64,000 nucleotides of DNA. Origin: an uncultured Gemmatimonadaceae bacterium. GTDB lineage: Bacteria > Gemmatimonadota > Gemmatimonadetes > Gemmatimonadales > Gemmatimonadaceae. The notes beneath the pieces are model-generated. The model was given only the letters and a program-made list of their open reading frames with translations, was not told where the DNA came from and made no database searches. Shown one piece after another: positions 9,532-17,864 of this stretch (position 1 is the first letter of the stretch; the number at the start of each line of letters is the position of its first letter). The translations under genes were made by a program, and so were the position numbers. Location: contig CAVXGK010000002.1 in assembly GCA_963761305.1 (NCBI GenBank), positions 1,664,001 to 1,728,000 of the forward strand, given 5' to 3'.

Positions 9532-10665
9532 ATGAAGAATCCGATCGATCGATTGTTCAACGACTTCGACAACGGCTTGCTCTCGCGTCGCGACTTGCTG
9601 CGCGCGCTCGGCGTCGCGGCGCTGGCCGTTCCCGCGGCGGCATTCGCTCAGGCCGGCGACACGACGGGCGGCCGGCGCGGTCGGGGCAATCGCGCGCCTG
9701 CCGACACGACCCATTTGCCTCCGCCGTTCGACCCCACCGGCTGGAAAACAGTGTGGCTCGATCACATCACGTATCAATGCACCGACTATCCCAAGGCGGC
9801 GGCGTTCTATTCGGCGCTCATGGGATGGAAAGTGCGCAGCGACGACGGCAAGCAGGCGGTGCTCGACATCGGCGACGACGTCGGCGGATGCATCATGACG
9901 AACGGATTCGTCCCCCCTCCCCCTCCCCCTCCACCACCGCCGGCTCCGGCGGGCGGCGACAGCGCCGGTGGTGGCCGAGGTGGTGGACGAGGCGGCGGCC
10001 GTGTCCGCCCGCCGCGGATGGCGAAGATCGCCAACCTGGCGTGGGGCATCGAGCCGTGGGACACGAAGAAGGTCGAGGCGGAGCTCGCCAAGCGCGGCCT
10101 CGCTCCCGTCGCCGATCACGCCGGCGACTTTCAGAGTTTTCACATCAAGGATCCCGACGGCTTCGACATCCAGGTCACGAACGGCACCAAGGCCAATCGC
10201 CGCAAAGGTTCGGCGAACGGCAAAGTCTCGGCGCCCGCCCCGTTCGAGCCGACGGGATGGAAGACGGTGTGGCTCGACCACCTCTCCTACGGCTGCACCG
10301 ACTATAAGCGCACCGTCGCGTTCTATGAAGCGCTCTTGAGCTGGGTGCCGCGCGGATTCACGGGCGTTCAGTCGCAAGTGCACATCGGCGACATCGGCGG
10401 TGCGATCATCCGGAACCGGGCCGCGGTCGACATCGACCACATCTCGTTCGGCATCGAGGGGTTCGACCCCGACCGGGTCGAAGCGGAGCTGAAGAAGCGC
10501 GGCCTTGGCACGCCGGACCGACAGGATCCGTCACATCTGCAGACGGACACGGGCAACGGCGGCGACATTCACACGTCGAGATTCAAGAGCTATCATACGC
10601 CGGATCCGTTCAACTGGGATTTGCAGATCAGCAACATCACCAAGGCGACGCGCGACGACACGTGA
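9532..10665 (+). CDS. Tat-exported tandem VOC/glyoxalase-like protein
   Basis: SRRDLL Tat motif with AxA cleavage site; two WKTVWLDH repeats; Pro/Gly linker; AGGAG RBS. Confidence 0.82.
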   Translation: MKNPIDRLFNDFDNGLLSRRDLLRALGVAALAVPAAAFAQAGDTTGGRRGRGNRAPADTTHLPPPFDPTGWKTVWLDHITYQCTDYPKAAAFYSALMGWKVRSDDGKQAVLDIGDDVGGCIMTNGFVPPPPPPPPPPAPAGGDSAGGGRGGGRGGGRVRPPRMAKIANLAWGIEPWDTKKVEAELAKRGLAPVADHAGDFQSFHIKDPDGFDIQVTNGTKANRRKGSANGKVSAPAPFEPTGWKTVWLDHLSYGCTDYKRTVAFYEALLSWVPRGFTGVQSQVHIGDIGGAIIRNRAAVDIDHISFGIEGFDPDRVEAELKKRGLGTPDRQDPSHLQTDTGNGGDIHTSRFKSYHTPDPFNWDLQISNITKATRDDT

Positions 10666-11204
10666 AGTCGCTCATCGCGGTCCTGTGTCTCGCCGCGTTC
10701 GCGGCGTTCAGCGCCGACGTGAAGCACGAGGTCATTCGGAGCGGCGAGTCGGTGGAGATCGCCGCCCTGCCGGTCGGTCGCACCGTGCCCGACTTCACGC
10801 TCGCCGACCGCTCCGGCACGGAGCTCACCCTCAGCAGGGTGGCCGCCGGCGAGAAGCTGGTGCTGGTGGACTTCTGGGGCGCGTGGTGCGGCCCGTGCCG
10901 AATCGAGATGCCGACGTTGCAACGGATGTACAAGGACTCGACGAACAAAGGACTGCAGATCCTGGCCGTCGATGAAGGCGATTCCAGGGCCGCTCTCGAC
11001 GCCTACTTGAAGAAGCGGCCGGTGAGCTTCCCCGTGCTGCGCGACTCGACAGGCGAGATCGCCAAGAAATTCGGCGTGCGGGCGTTCCCCACCACGGTGC
11101 TCGTCGATCAGAAGGGCAAGATCGAGCGCGTGATCGAGGGTATCGAGCCGTACATGAGCGCCTTGGTGTCGAACAGCCTCAAGGCGGACGACAAGAAGCC
11201 GTGA
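10662..11204 (+). CDS. TlpA-family thiol:disulfide oxidoreductase
   Basis: DFWGAWCGPC, EMP, FPTT; signal peptide. Confidence 0.9.
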   Translation: MKSLIAVLCLAAFAAFSADVKHEVIRSGESVEIAALPVGRTVPDFTLADRSGTELTLSRVAAGEKLVLVDFWGAWCGPCRIEMPTLQRMYKDSTNKGLQILAVDEGDSRAALDAYLKKRPVSFPVLRDSTGEIAKKFGVRAFPTTVLVDQKGKIERVIEGIEPYMSALVSNSLKADDKKP

Positions 11205-12145
11205 GCGCCGTCGCCGCCGAATCCACGCCGGTCATCGAAATCGACGGCCTGGCCAAGACGTTTCGGAGCCGGCTCCGTCGCCGCGAAGTCCAGGCGGTGC
11301 GCGACGTCAGCCTCCGCGTGGACCGCGGCCGAGTGTTCGCGTTCGTCGGCCCGAACGGCGCCGGCAAGACGACGACCATCTACGCGCTGCTCGGCCTGCT
11401 CCGCCCTGACCGCGGCAGCGTGCGGCTGTTCGACCTGCCCGCCGGCACGCTGGCGGCGCGGCGGCGGATCGGGTTCCAATCGGAGATCTTTTATACATAC
11501 GGTTTTAAGACTGCTGCCCAGATTCTCCGATTCTACGGACGACTCGCCGAGATGTCCGAGGCAGCCATCGACGCGGCGGTGCCGAAACAGCTCGAGCGAC
11601 TCGGGCTCGCCGCGGCGAGCGATCGGAAAGTGGGCGGCTTCTCCAAAGGAATGGTGCAGCGCTTGGGGATCGCGCAGGCACTGCTCCATGGACCGGATTT
11701 GCTGATCCTCGACGAGCCGACGACGGGACTCGACCCGGAGGGGCGCAAACTCGTCGCCGACATCATCCTCGAGGAGAAATCGCGCGGCACGACGGTGTTC
11801 CTGAGCAGCCACATCCTGTCCGACGTCGAGCGGACGTGCGACCACGTCATCATCCTCAACCGCGGGAGCGTCGCCCTCGCCGACAGCATGGAGAACCTTC
11901 GGCGCGGCGCGGACGAGTGGGAGATCGAGGTCGTCGAGTGGACGCCCGATGCGCGCGAAGCGGCGGCGGGGCTCGACGTTCGAGACGACCCGCGAGGCCC
12001 GTCGATCGTGCGTTGCCGCTCCACCGACAAGATGGCGCTGCTCCGCCGATTGGTGAACGCGAACGCGACGATCGGCGGCGTGCGGAATACCGGGTCGCTC
12101 GAGGACCTCTACATGCGGTACGCCGGAGGCTCGTCGAGTGGCTAA
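11201..12145 (+). CDS. ABC transporter ATP-binding protein
   Basis: GPNGAGKTT, FSKGM, LILDEPT, SSH. Confidence 0.93.
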   Translation: MSAVAAESTPVIEIDGLAKTFRSRLRRREVQAVRDVSLRVDRGRVFAFVGPNGAGKTTTIYALLGLLRPDRGSVRLFDLPAGTLAARRRIGFQSEIFYTYGFKTAAQILRFYGRLAEMSEAAIDAAVPKQLERLGLAAASDRKVGGFSKGMVQRLGIAQALLHGPDLLILDEPTTGLDPEGRKLVADIILEEKSRGTTVFLSSHILSDVERTCDHVIILNRGSVALADSMENLRRGADEWEIEVVEWTPDAREAAAGLDVRDDPRGPSIVRCRSTDKMALLRRLVNANATIGGVRNTGSLEDLYMRYAGGSSSG

Positions 12146-12950
12146 CGCCGGCCTCAAGGTGCGGGCGATCGCATGGACGGCGTTTCAGGAGACGCTTCGA
12201 CGCAAGGTGTTCTACCTCGTGGCCTTCGTCGCGCTGATCGTGCTCGCCGGCATGGCCTCGGACTCCGTGACGGTGAACATGGCCAACGAGGCAGGCGAGG
12301 CGGAGATCGCGTCGAACTTTCGCACCGACACCGTCATGCACATCCTCGGCGTCTGGGAATTTGCCGTCGGGGCGCTCGCGCTCTACCTCGGCGCGATCGC
12401 GCTCTCGTCGGAGATCACCGGCAAGACGCTCGTCAACGTGCTGTCGCGTCCCGTGGAAGCGGCAACGTATCTCACCGGACGGTGGATCGGCACGCTCGGG
12501 TTTCTGTGGGGGTTCCAGGCGATCGGCATCGCGTTCGCCGTCATCGTGACGTTCGCGTTCAAGGTGCCGCACACGCCGGGGCTCTGGCTGGCCTGCGCGG
12601 CGATGTTCGTTGCGGCCTTCTATTTCAGCGGCGTGAGCCTGGGGCTGAGCGTGATGATGCCGCCCGCGCTCGCCGGCGTCATCGCGCTCTTCTTGACCTT
12701 TCTGCCCTCGATGGTCGAGGACACGCTCAAGCACCCGCGCTGGATCGCGCGCACGCTGTCGTACGCCGGGTACTACCTCGGGCCTGCCGAGATGCCGGTG
12801 GATCTGACGGCGCAGAGCTTCAGCAAGGAGCTGTTGCATCCGGCGTACGGGTTGTACGGCCGCGTGCTGGGTGAGAATCTGCTGTACACGGTCGTCGTAT
12901 TCGCGATCGGTTGCGCGGTGTTCGCGCGGCGGGAAATGCAATCTAGGTAG
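12138..12950 (+). CDS. ABC-2 type transporter permease
   Basis: About six TM segments; EITGKTLVNVLSRP; coupled to the ATPase. Confidence 0.85.
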   Translation: MANAGLKVRAIAWTAFQETLRRKVFYLVAFVALIVLAGMASDSVTVNMANEAGEAEIASNFRTDTVMHILGVWEFAVGALALYLGAIALSSEITGKTLVNVLSRPVEAATYLTGRWIGTLGFLWGFQAIGIAFAVIVTFAFKVPHTPGLWLACAAMFVAAFYFSGVSLGLSVMMPPALAGVIALFLTFLPSMVEDTLKHPRWIARTLSYAGYYLGPAEMPVDLTAQSFSKELLHPAYGLYGRVLGENLLYTVVVFAIGCAVFARREMQSR

Positions 12951-12972
12951 ACGAGCGCGCGGGTCCACAGCG

Positions 12973-13014
12973 AGACATCTGACGTCAGAAATCTGACATC
13001 AGACGTCAGACTTC
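12973..13014. repeat. 7-bp tandem repeat (NGACRTC family), 6 units
   Basis: agacatc tgacgtc agaaatc tgacatc agacgtc agacttc. Confidence 0.8.
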
Positions 13015-13692
13015 TTGCTTTTCATCCACGGCGTCGCCAAACCGTCTGTCCACCGTTCTCCGAAATGTCGAGATCTCCCAAGCAATCGTCCGCTGTCGCG
13101 TGGCGCGTTCGAGTCCGTGTTTCTTGAGCTCCGCCTCGATCGCGTCGCTCGGATGCACGAAGACGCGGAACGGTGACTCGCGCAGGCGCATGACGTAGTT
13201 GATGCACCGCACGGCGATGCGGATCCACCAGGTGTCCGGCGGATACACGGCGCCGAGGACGCGCTGTGCCTTGTCGGCCGCCCTGCCGACGAGCGCGGGC
13301 ATGTCGGGATAGCAGCAGATCACGCGATCCAGCGTGACGATGTCGGCCGACGCCAGCTTGGGCGCGAGCTCGACGAAGTCGCCCTGCACGAACTCGATGG
13401 CCTCGAGGTGGTGCCGATGCGTCGCCTCGTCGCGGGCGGCGTCGATGTAGGCGGGCGACGCATCGACGTGCACGGCGCTGACCGCGCCGGCGTCGAGCAT
13501 CTCGTGATGAATCGCCCCGACGCCACCGCCGATGTCGAGCAGCGTCGCGTCGGGAGTGACGGCGGGCTCGAGGTCGGCGAGCAAGAGGCGCGTCGACTTC
13601 GTCGGACCGCGACGACGAAAACGCCGCAGCTCGCGTTCGGCGAGGCGGCGGTCGAATTCAGCTTCGATACCTTGGCACTGAGAACAGGGCAA
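13006..13692 (-). CDS. Class I SAM-dependent methyltransferase (start uncertain)
   Basis: LLDIGGGVG, VHVDAS, GDF, LDRVICCYPD; N-terminal CSQC. Confidence 0.85.
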   Translation of the reverse strand: MPCSQCQGIEAEFDRRLAERELRRFRRRGPTKSTRLLLADLEPAVTPDATLLDIGGGVGAIHHEMLDAGAVSAVHVDASPAYIDAARDEATHRHHLEAIEFVQGDFVELAPKLASADIVTLDRVICCYPDMPALVGRAADKAQRVLGAVYPPDTWWIRIAVRCINYVMRLRESPFRVFVHPSDAIEAELKKHGLERATRQRTIAWEISTFRRTVDRRFGDAVDEKQEV

Positions 13693-13828
13693 TGGACAGG
13701 CAGACAGTTGGACGGGTGAAAGCTGTTCGGGGTTAGGAGGCAAGGCGAGCGGAGGTGTGACGGGAGGGTTGAGATCGGGAGCTCGGCCATTCCGAGTTCG
13801 ATCCCCCTGCTGGGTACGGCTGCCGGCT

Positions 13829-13956
13829 CGACGTCTGACGTCAGACAACCGATGTCCGACGTCAGATGCGGCGTGACTCGGTAAAGCCTCGTGGCGATCA
13901 TCCCGCGGCGAACGCAGGGTCTGACGTCCGACATCTGACGTCGGACTTCCGACTTC
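13829..13956. repeat. Two 7-bp tandem arrays (NGACRTC family)
   Basis: 13829-13868 and 13922-13956; related copies at 14792-14814 and 14878-14898. Confidence 0.75.
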
Positions 13957-14197
13957 GAGCGGGCAGCCGCTACATCGAACAGCCGAGACAGGCGGCAGAC
14001 TGGCCGTGATCCATGGGCGCAGGTCGGAGCTCGAGATCCTTGGCTGCGGATCGCGAAGTCGTGACGCCGCCTATGCTGGCCGAACCGCCAGGGCGTGCTC
14101 ATGTTTGACGCTACCCACGTGCTCGTCGGCGATGCGCGAGCGACGCCGCACGCCTCGAGGCGAGCACGAACATCCCCTGCCCCCGGAGACCCACCCG

Positions 14198-14686
14198 ATG
14201 CTCTCGAACCAATTGCGGAGCGCCATCGTCGCCGTCGCCTGCGCTCTCCTACCTCCCCTCCCCCTCCGCGGCGCGATCGCCCAGACCGCACGGAGCGCCC
14301 CGACAACTGCGCCCGACCCGTGCACGTTGCTCACTCCCGACCAGATCAACGGCGCCACCGGCTTCAACTTCGGCGCCGGCACCCCGATCATCGCCGGCAA
14401 GAGCTGCCAATGGATCTCGCCGTCGCCGAAGCACGGTATAGCGACGATCGATTTCTTCCCGGGGGAGAGTTGGGACAAGATGAAAGCGCCGCTCGCCGGT
14501 TTTACCAAGACTTCCGTGAGTGGCGTGGGCGACGGCGCGTTTTACACGGTCGTCGGCACCTTCTCGACGCTGACGGTCAAGAAGGGAAACGCAGTCTTCA
14601 ACATGAAAGTGTACGGCATCGCTGACCACGCGAAACAGGAGGCGATCGAGAAGACGCTCGCGCTCGACGTGGTCGCGAAACTGTAA
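14198..14686 (+). CDS. Secreted hypothetical protein (DUF3558-like)
   Basis: GGAG RBS; signal peptide; DPCTLLT, SCQW, VSGVGDGAF. Confidence 0.7.
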   Translation: MLSNQLRSAIVAVACALLPPLPLRGAIAQTARSAPTTAPDPCTLLTPDQINGATGFNFGAGTPIIAGKSCQWISPSPKHGIATIDFFPGESWDKMKAPLAGFTKTSVSGVGDGAFYTVVGTFSTLTVKKGNAVFNMKVYGIADHAKQEAIEKTLALDVVAKL

Positions 14687-15032
14687 GGTCGTCGCCCAGG
14701 CGCCGGGAGCGGCGTCGAAAAGCGTGGGTGCTCGGCCACTCTGAGTTCGATTGGCCGTTCGACGTACGGCTGTAGGCTCGAAATCGGTGGCGGACATCAG
14801 ACGGCAGACATCAGTTTCGGCGTTGCGGGGACTCCTCCAGTGGCAAGTCAGGTTCCTACCCCGTCACGCCTGGTGTGAAGTCTGATATCCGATGTCAGCC
14901 ACCGTCGTCGAGCGCGCAGCCGTACGTCGCCCGGCAAGACAGACCGCAGAGTGGCCGCGAACCATCTCGCAACTCGAGAGTCGCCGCGATCCATCTCGCA
15001 ACTCGCCGCTCCGCACCCTAGTTTTCCGCGCC

Positions 15033-15647
15033 ATGTCCGATTCTGAAACCAACGTCACGTACCCGCTGCACCATCACAACCTCGCCCACCTGGCGCATCT
15101 CGAGGTCGACGAGGAAGTCTTCGCCACGCGATTCGCGGCGTCGTGCTCGATGATGAAGTGCAGCGCGAAGTGCTGTCGCGGCGGGGTGTACGTGGATCTC
15201 CAGCATCGCGACCGCGTCCTGCGCGAAGCGCCGCTCGTGATCCAGCACATGCAACCGACGCAGGAACACGATCCGGCGCGCTGGTTCGAGACGGAAGAGA
15301 TCGAGGACGAGGACTTTCCGTCGGGCAAATGCGTCGGGACACAGGTCGTCGGACACGGCTGCGTCTTTCTCGACAGCGAGAAGCGCTGCGTGCTGCAGAT
15401 CGCCGAAGCGGCGTCGCCCGGGCTCAAGCCGTTCTATTGCCGCGCCTTTCCGGTCGTGATCTCCGACGCCACGCTCACCCTCGACGCTGACTGGTGCCCG
15501 GAAGAGACGCAGTGCTGCGGCCCCGATCCGAACGGCACGCAGACGGCGCTCGACATGCTCGCCTACGAGTTCGAGCACGTCGTGGGCAAGAGTTGCGTCG
15601 CCGAGCTGCGGCAGATCGAGCGCGTGCGACGCGAATCGAACACCTGA
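15033..15647 (+). CDS. Cys-rich DUF3109 / YkgJ-like putative Zn/Fe-S cluster protein
   Basis: CSAKCC, GCVFL...CVL, KPFYCRAFP. Confidence 0.75.
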   Translation: MSDSETNVTYPLHHHNLAHLAHLEVDEEVFATRFAASCSMMKCSAKCCRGGVYVDLQHRDRVLREAPLVIQHMQPTQEHDPARWFETEEIEDEDFPSGKCVGTQVVGHGCVFLDSEKRCVLQIAEAASPGLKPFYCRAFPVVISDATLTLDADWCPEETQCCGPDPNGTQTALDMLAYEFEHVVGKSCVAELRQIERVRRESNT

Positions 15648-15672
15648 GCTGACCACGGCGACGACGGGCCAC

Positions 15673-16986
15673 ATGCGTTCGACCGCGGACGTCGTCATCT
15701 GCGGCGCCGGCATCGCCGGCGCGGCGGCGGCCTATCACATCGCTGTTCGGCGCGGCATCCGCAACGTGGTGATCGTGGACGAACGCGATCCGCTCACGCT
15801 CACCAGCGACAAGGGCACCCAAGCGTACCGCAACTGGTGGCCGGGCCCCGACGACACGATGCTGCGCCTCGTGTCGCGGAGCATCGACCTCCTCGAGGAG
15901 AGCTCGGCCGAGAGCGGGCACGCGTTCCGCATGAACCGGCGCGGCTATCTCTTCGCGACGGCGAACGCCGCCAAGCTCACGAAGATCGAGGAGACGGCGC
16001 GAGTCGTGTCGACGTTCGGCATGGGCGACGTGCGCCGCCATTCGAGCGTGGCGACCTACCGCGCCGCGCCGCCGGAAGGATTCGCCGACCAACCGACCGG
16101 CGCCGATCTCCTCGTCGGTGACGCGGCGCGTGCCGCGTTTCCCTATCTCGCCGACGACACCGTCGGCGCGCTACACGTGCGACGTGCCGGATGGCTGAAC
16201 GCCGTGGCGCTCGGCTCGTGGCTCCTGTCGCAGGCGATCGCGAACGGCGCGCGGTTCGTGCGCGAGCGCGTGACGCGCGTCGACACGACGGGCGGTCGCG
16301 TGCGCGAGGTGCATCTGGCCTCGGGCAACTCGATCGCCACCAACCGACTGGTGGTCGCCGCCGGCCCCGGACTTCCCGCGTTCGCCCGCTCGCTCGGCGT
16401 CGATCTCCCCGTGTTCAGCGAGCTGCACGCGAAGATGACGCTGCGCGACCCGCGCCGAGCCGTGGGACGCGACGCGCCGTTTCTCATCTGGGCGGATCCG
16501 GTGCATCTCGAGGGCGAAGCCCAAGAGCGCCCGGCCGGCGTGCACATCCGCCCCATTGATCTATCGCACGGCGATGAGCTTTATCTCATTTGGACGTTCG
16601 AAACCGAGCCGCGCGAATTCGCGTGGCCGCCGAGCTTCGATCCGTCGTACGGGGACGTGGTGCTGGCCGGCGCGGCGCGGATGGTGCCGGGACTCGCGCC
16701 ATACGTCGCGGAGCACACGAGCGGCTTCGTCGACGGTGGGTTCTACTGCAAGACGCCGGAGAACCGCCCGCTCATCGGGCCGCTGCCGATCGACGGCGCG
16801 TTCGTGCTCGGCGCGCTGTCGGGGATGGGCGTGATGTCCGCCCACGCGAGCGGCGAGCTGGTGTCGCTGCACGTGGCCGGGGAGTCGCTGCCCGACCACG
16901 CGAAATGGTTTCTGCCGGCGCGCTACGACGATCCGGCATATCGAAAGCTGGCCGACGAGTGGGGACCACTCGCCGGCCAGCTCTAG
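15673..16986 (+). CDS. FAD-dependent oxidoreductase (DAO / sarcosine oxidase beta-like)
   Basis: VVICGAGIAG, VVAAG, YCKTPENRPLIGP, SGMG. Confidence 0.88.
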   Translation: MRSTADVVICGAGIAGAAAAYHIAVRRGIRNVVIVDERDPLTLTSDKGTQAYRNWWPGPDDTMLRLVSRSIDLLEESSAESGHAFRMNRRGYLFATANAAKLTKIEETARVVSTFGMGDVRRHSSVATYRAAPPEGFADQPTGADLLVGDAARAAFPYLADDTVGALHVRRAGWLNAVALGSWLLSQAIANGARFVRERVTRVDTTGGRVREVHLASGNSIATNRLVVAAGPGLPAFARSLGVDLPVFSELHAKMTLRDPRRAVGRDAPFLIWADPVHLEGEAQERPAGVHIRPIDLSHGDELYLIWTFETEPREFAWPPSFDPSYGDVVLAGAARMVPGLAPYVAEHTSGFVDGGFYCKTPENRPLIGPLPIDGAFVLGALSGMGVMSAHASGELVSLHVAGESLPDHAKWFLPARYDDPAYRKLADEWGPLAGQL

Positions 16987-17014
16987 CGACGTCGAAGCGG
17001 AAGGCGCCGAAGGA

Positions 17015-17539
17015 CTATTTCGCCTTTGCTTTGGGCGCCGGCGGCGCGGGCGGCGGCGCAGTGGTGATGTTGTCCATGTCGGCGATCGCCTTCCATGTCC
17101 CATCGTCGCCTTTGCGGAGTACGACGACGTAGCGCCCTTCCGCCTTGATCGTGTCTCCCTTCGGCTTCGGCGTCGCGACCCAGGCATACGTCCCGATGTC
17201 GTAACCGACATTCCCCGACGCTTCGGTCTTCACCGGCGTCAACGTGAAGCTCGTGAAGTTGAACTGGTCGAAGAACGCTTTGTACGAGGCAGCGAGGCCT
17301 GCCGGCCCGGTGCCCGTCGGCTGATTGTTCGGCTGCGTGAGGCCGTCACTCGTGTACAGCGCCGCGACTGCAGCTACATCGCCTGCCTTGAACGCGGCGG
17401 CGAAGGCGTCACGTAGTTTGCCGATCGCCTGCTGATCGGCGGCCGCAGTCGCAGAGTCGGGTTTGGCGGCACCGCTCGCCGGTGCGCAGGCGGCGACAGC
17501 GATGAGGGACAGAGCTGAGAGTACTGTGCGGCGTCGCAT
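17015..17539 (-). CDS. DUF4440 / SnoaL-like (YybH family) lipoprotein
   Basis: Lipobox VAAC; AGDVAAVAALY; GRYVVVLRKGDDGTWK. Confidence 0.85.
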   Translation of the reverse strand: MRRRTVLSALSLIAVAACAPASGAAKPDSATAAADQQAIGKLRDAFAAAFKAGDVAAVAALYTSDGLTQPNNQPTGTGPAGLAASYKAFFDQFNFTSFTLTPVKTEASGNVGYDIGTYAWVATPKPKGDTIKAEGRYVVVLRKGDDGTWKAIADMDNITTAPPPAPPAPKAKAK

Positions 17540-17661
17540 CGTCGTCTCCTATTTCAAGGGTTGACAGCCTTCACTAGCTGGAGACAGTGCACCGTCTCGG
17601 CTCCAACCTCAAGACTCCCCCCCCGCAGGTCGCGCTCCGCCCGGACGATTCTCGAGGACCG

Positions 17662-17838
17662 GCATCAACGGGGGGTACACGGACACAAACGGCTCAAACG
17701 GACACGAACTGATCAAGGCCAAACGAGGCCTCGTGTTCGGCGCTCGACCTTCTCGCCGTTTACGAAAGAGAATTTGGTGGTTCGACGTTCTCCGTTTGTG
17801 TCCGTTGAATCCGTCTGTGTCCGTGTTCCCCCGTTAAT
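17662..17838. repeat. MITE/REP-like palindromic element, copy 2
   Basis: gcatcaacggggggtacacggacacaaacgg ... tccgtctgtgtccgtgttcccccgttaat; same arms as 5722-5880, different core. Confidence 0.8.
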
Positions 17839-17864
17839 CGCAGATCGCCAGGACCGGCTTCCCC

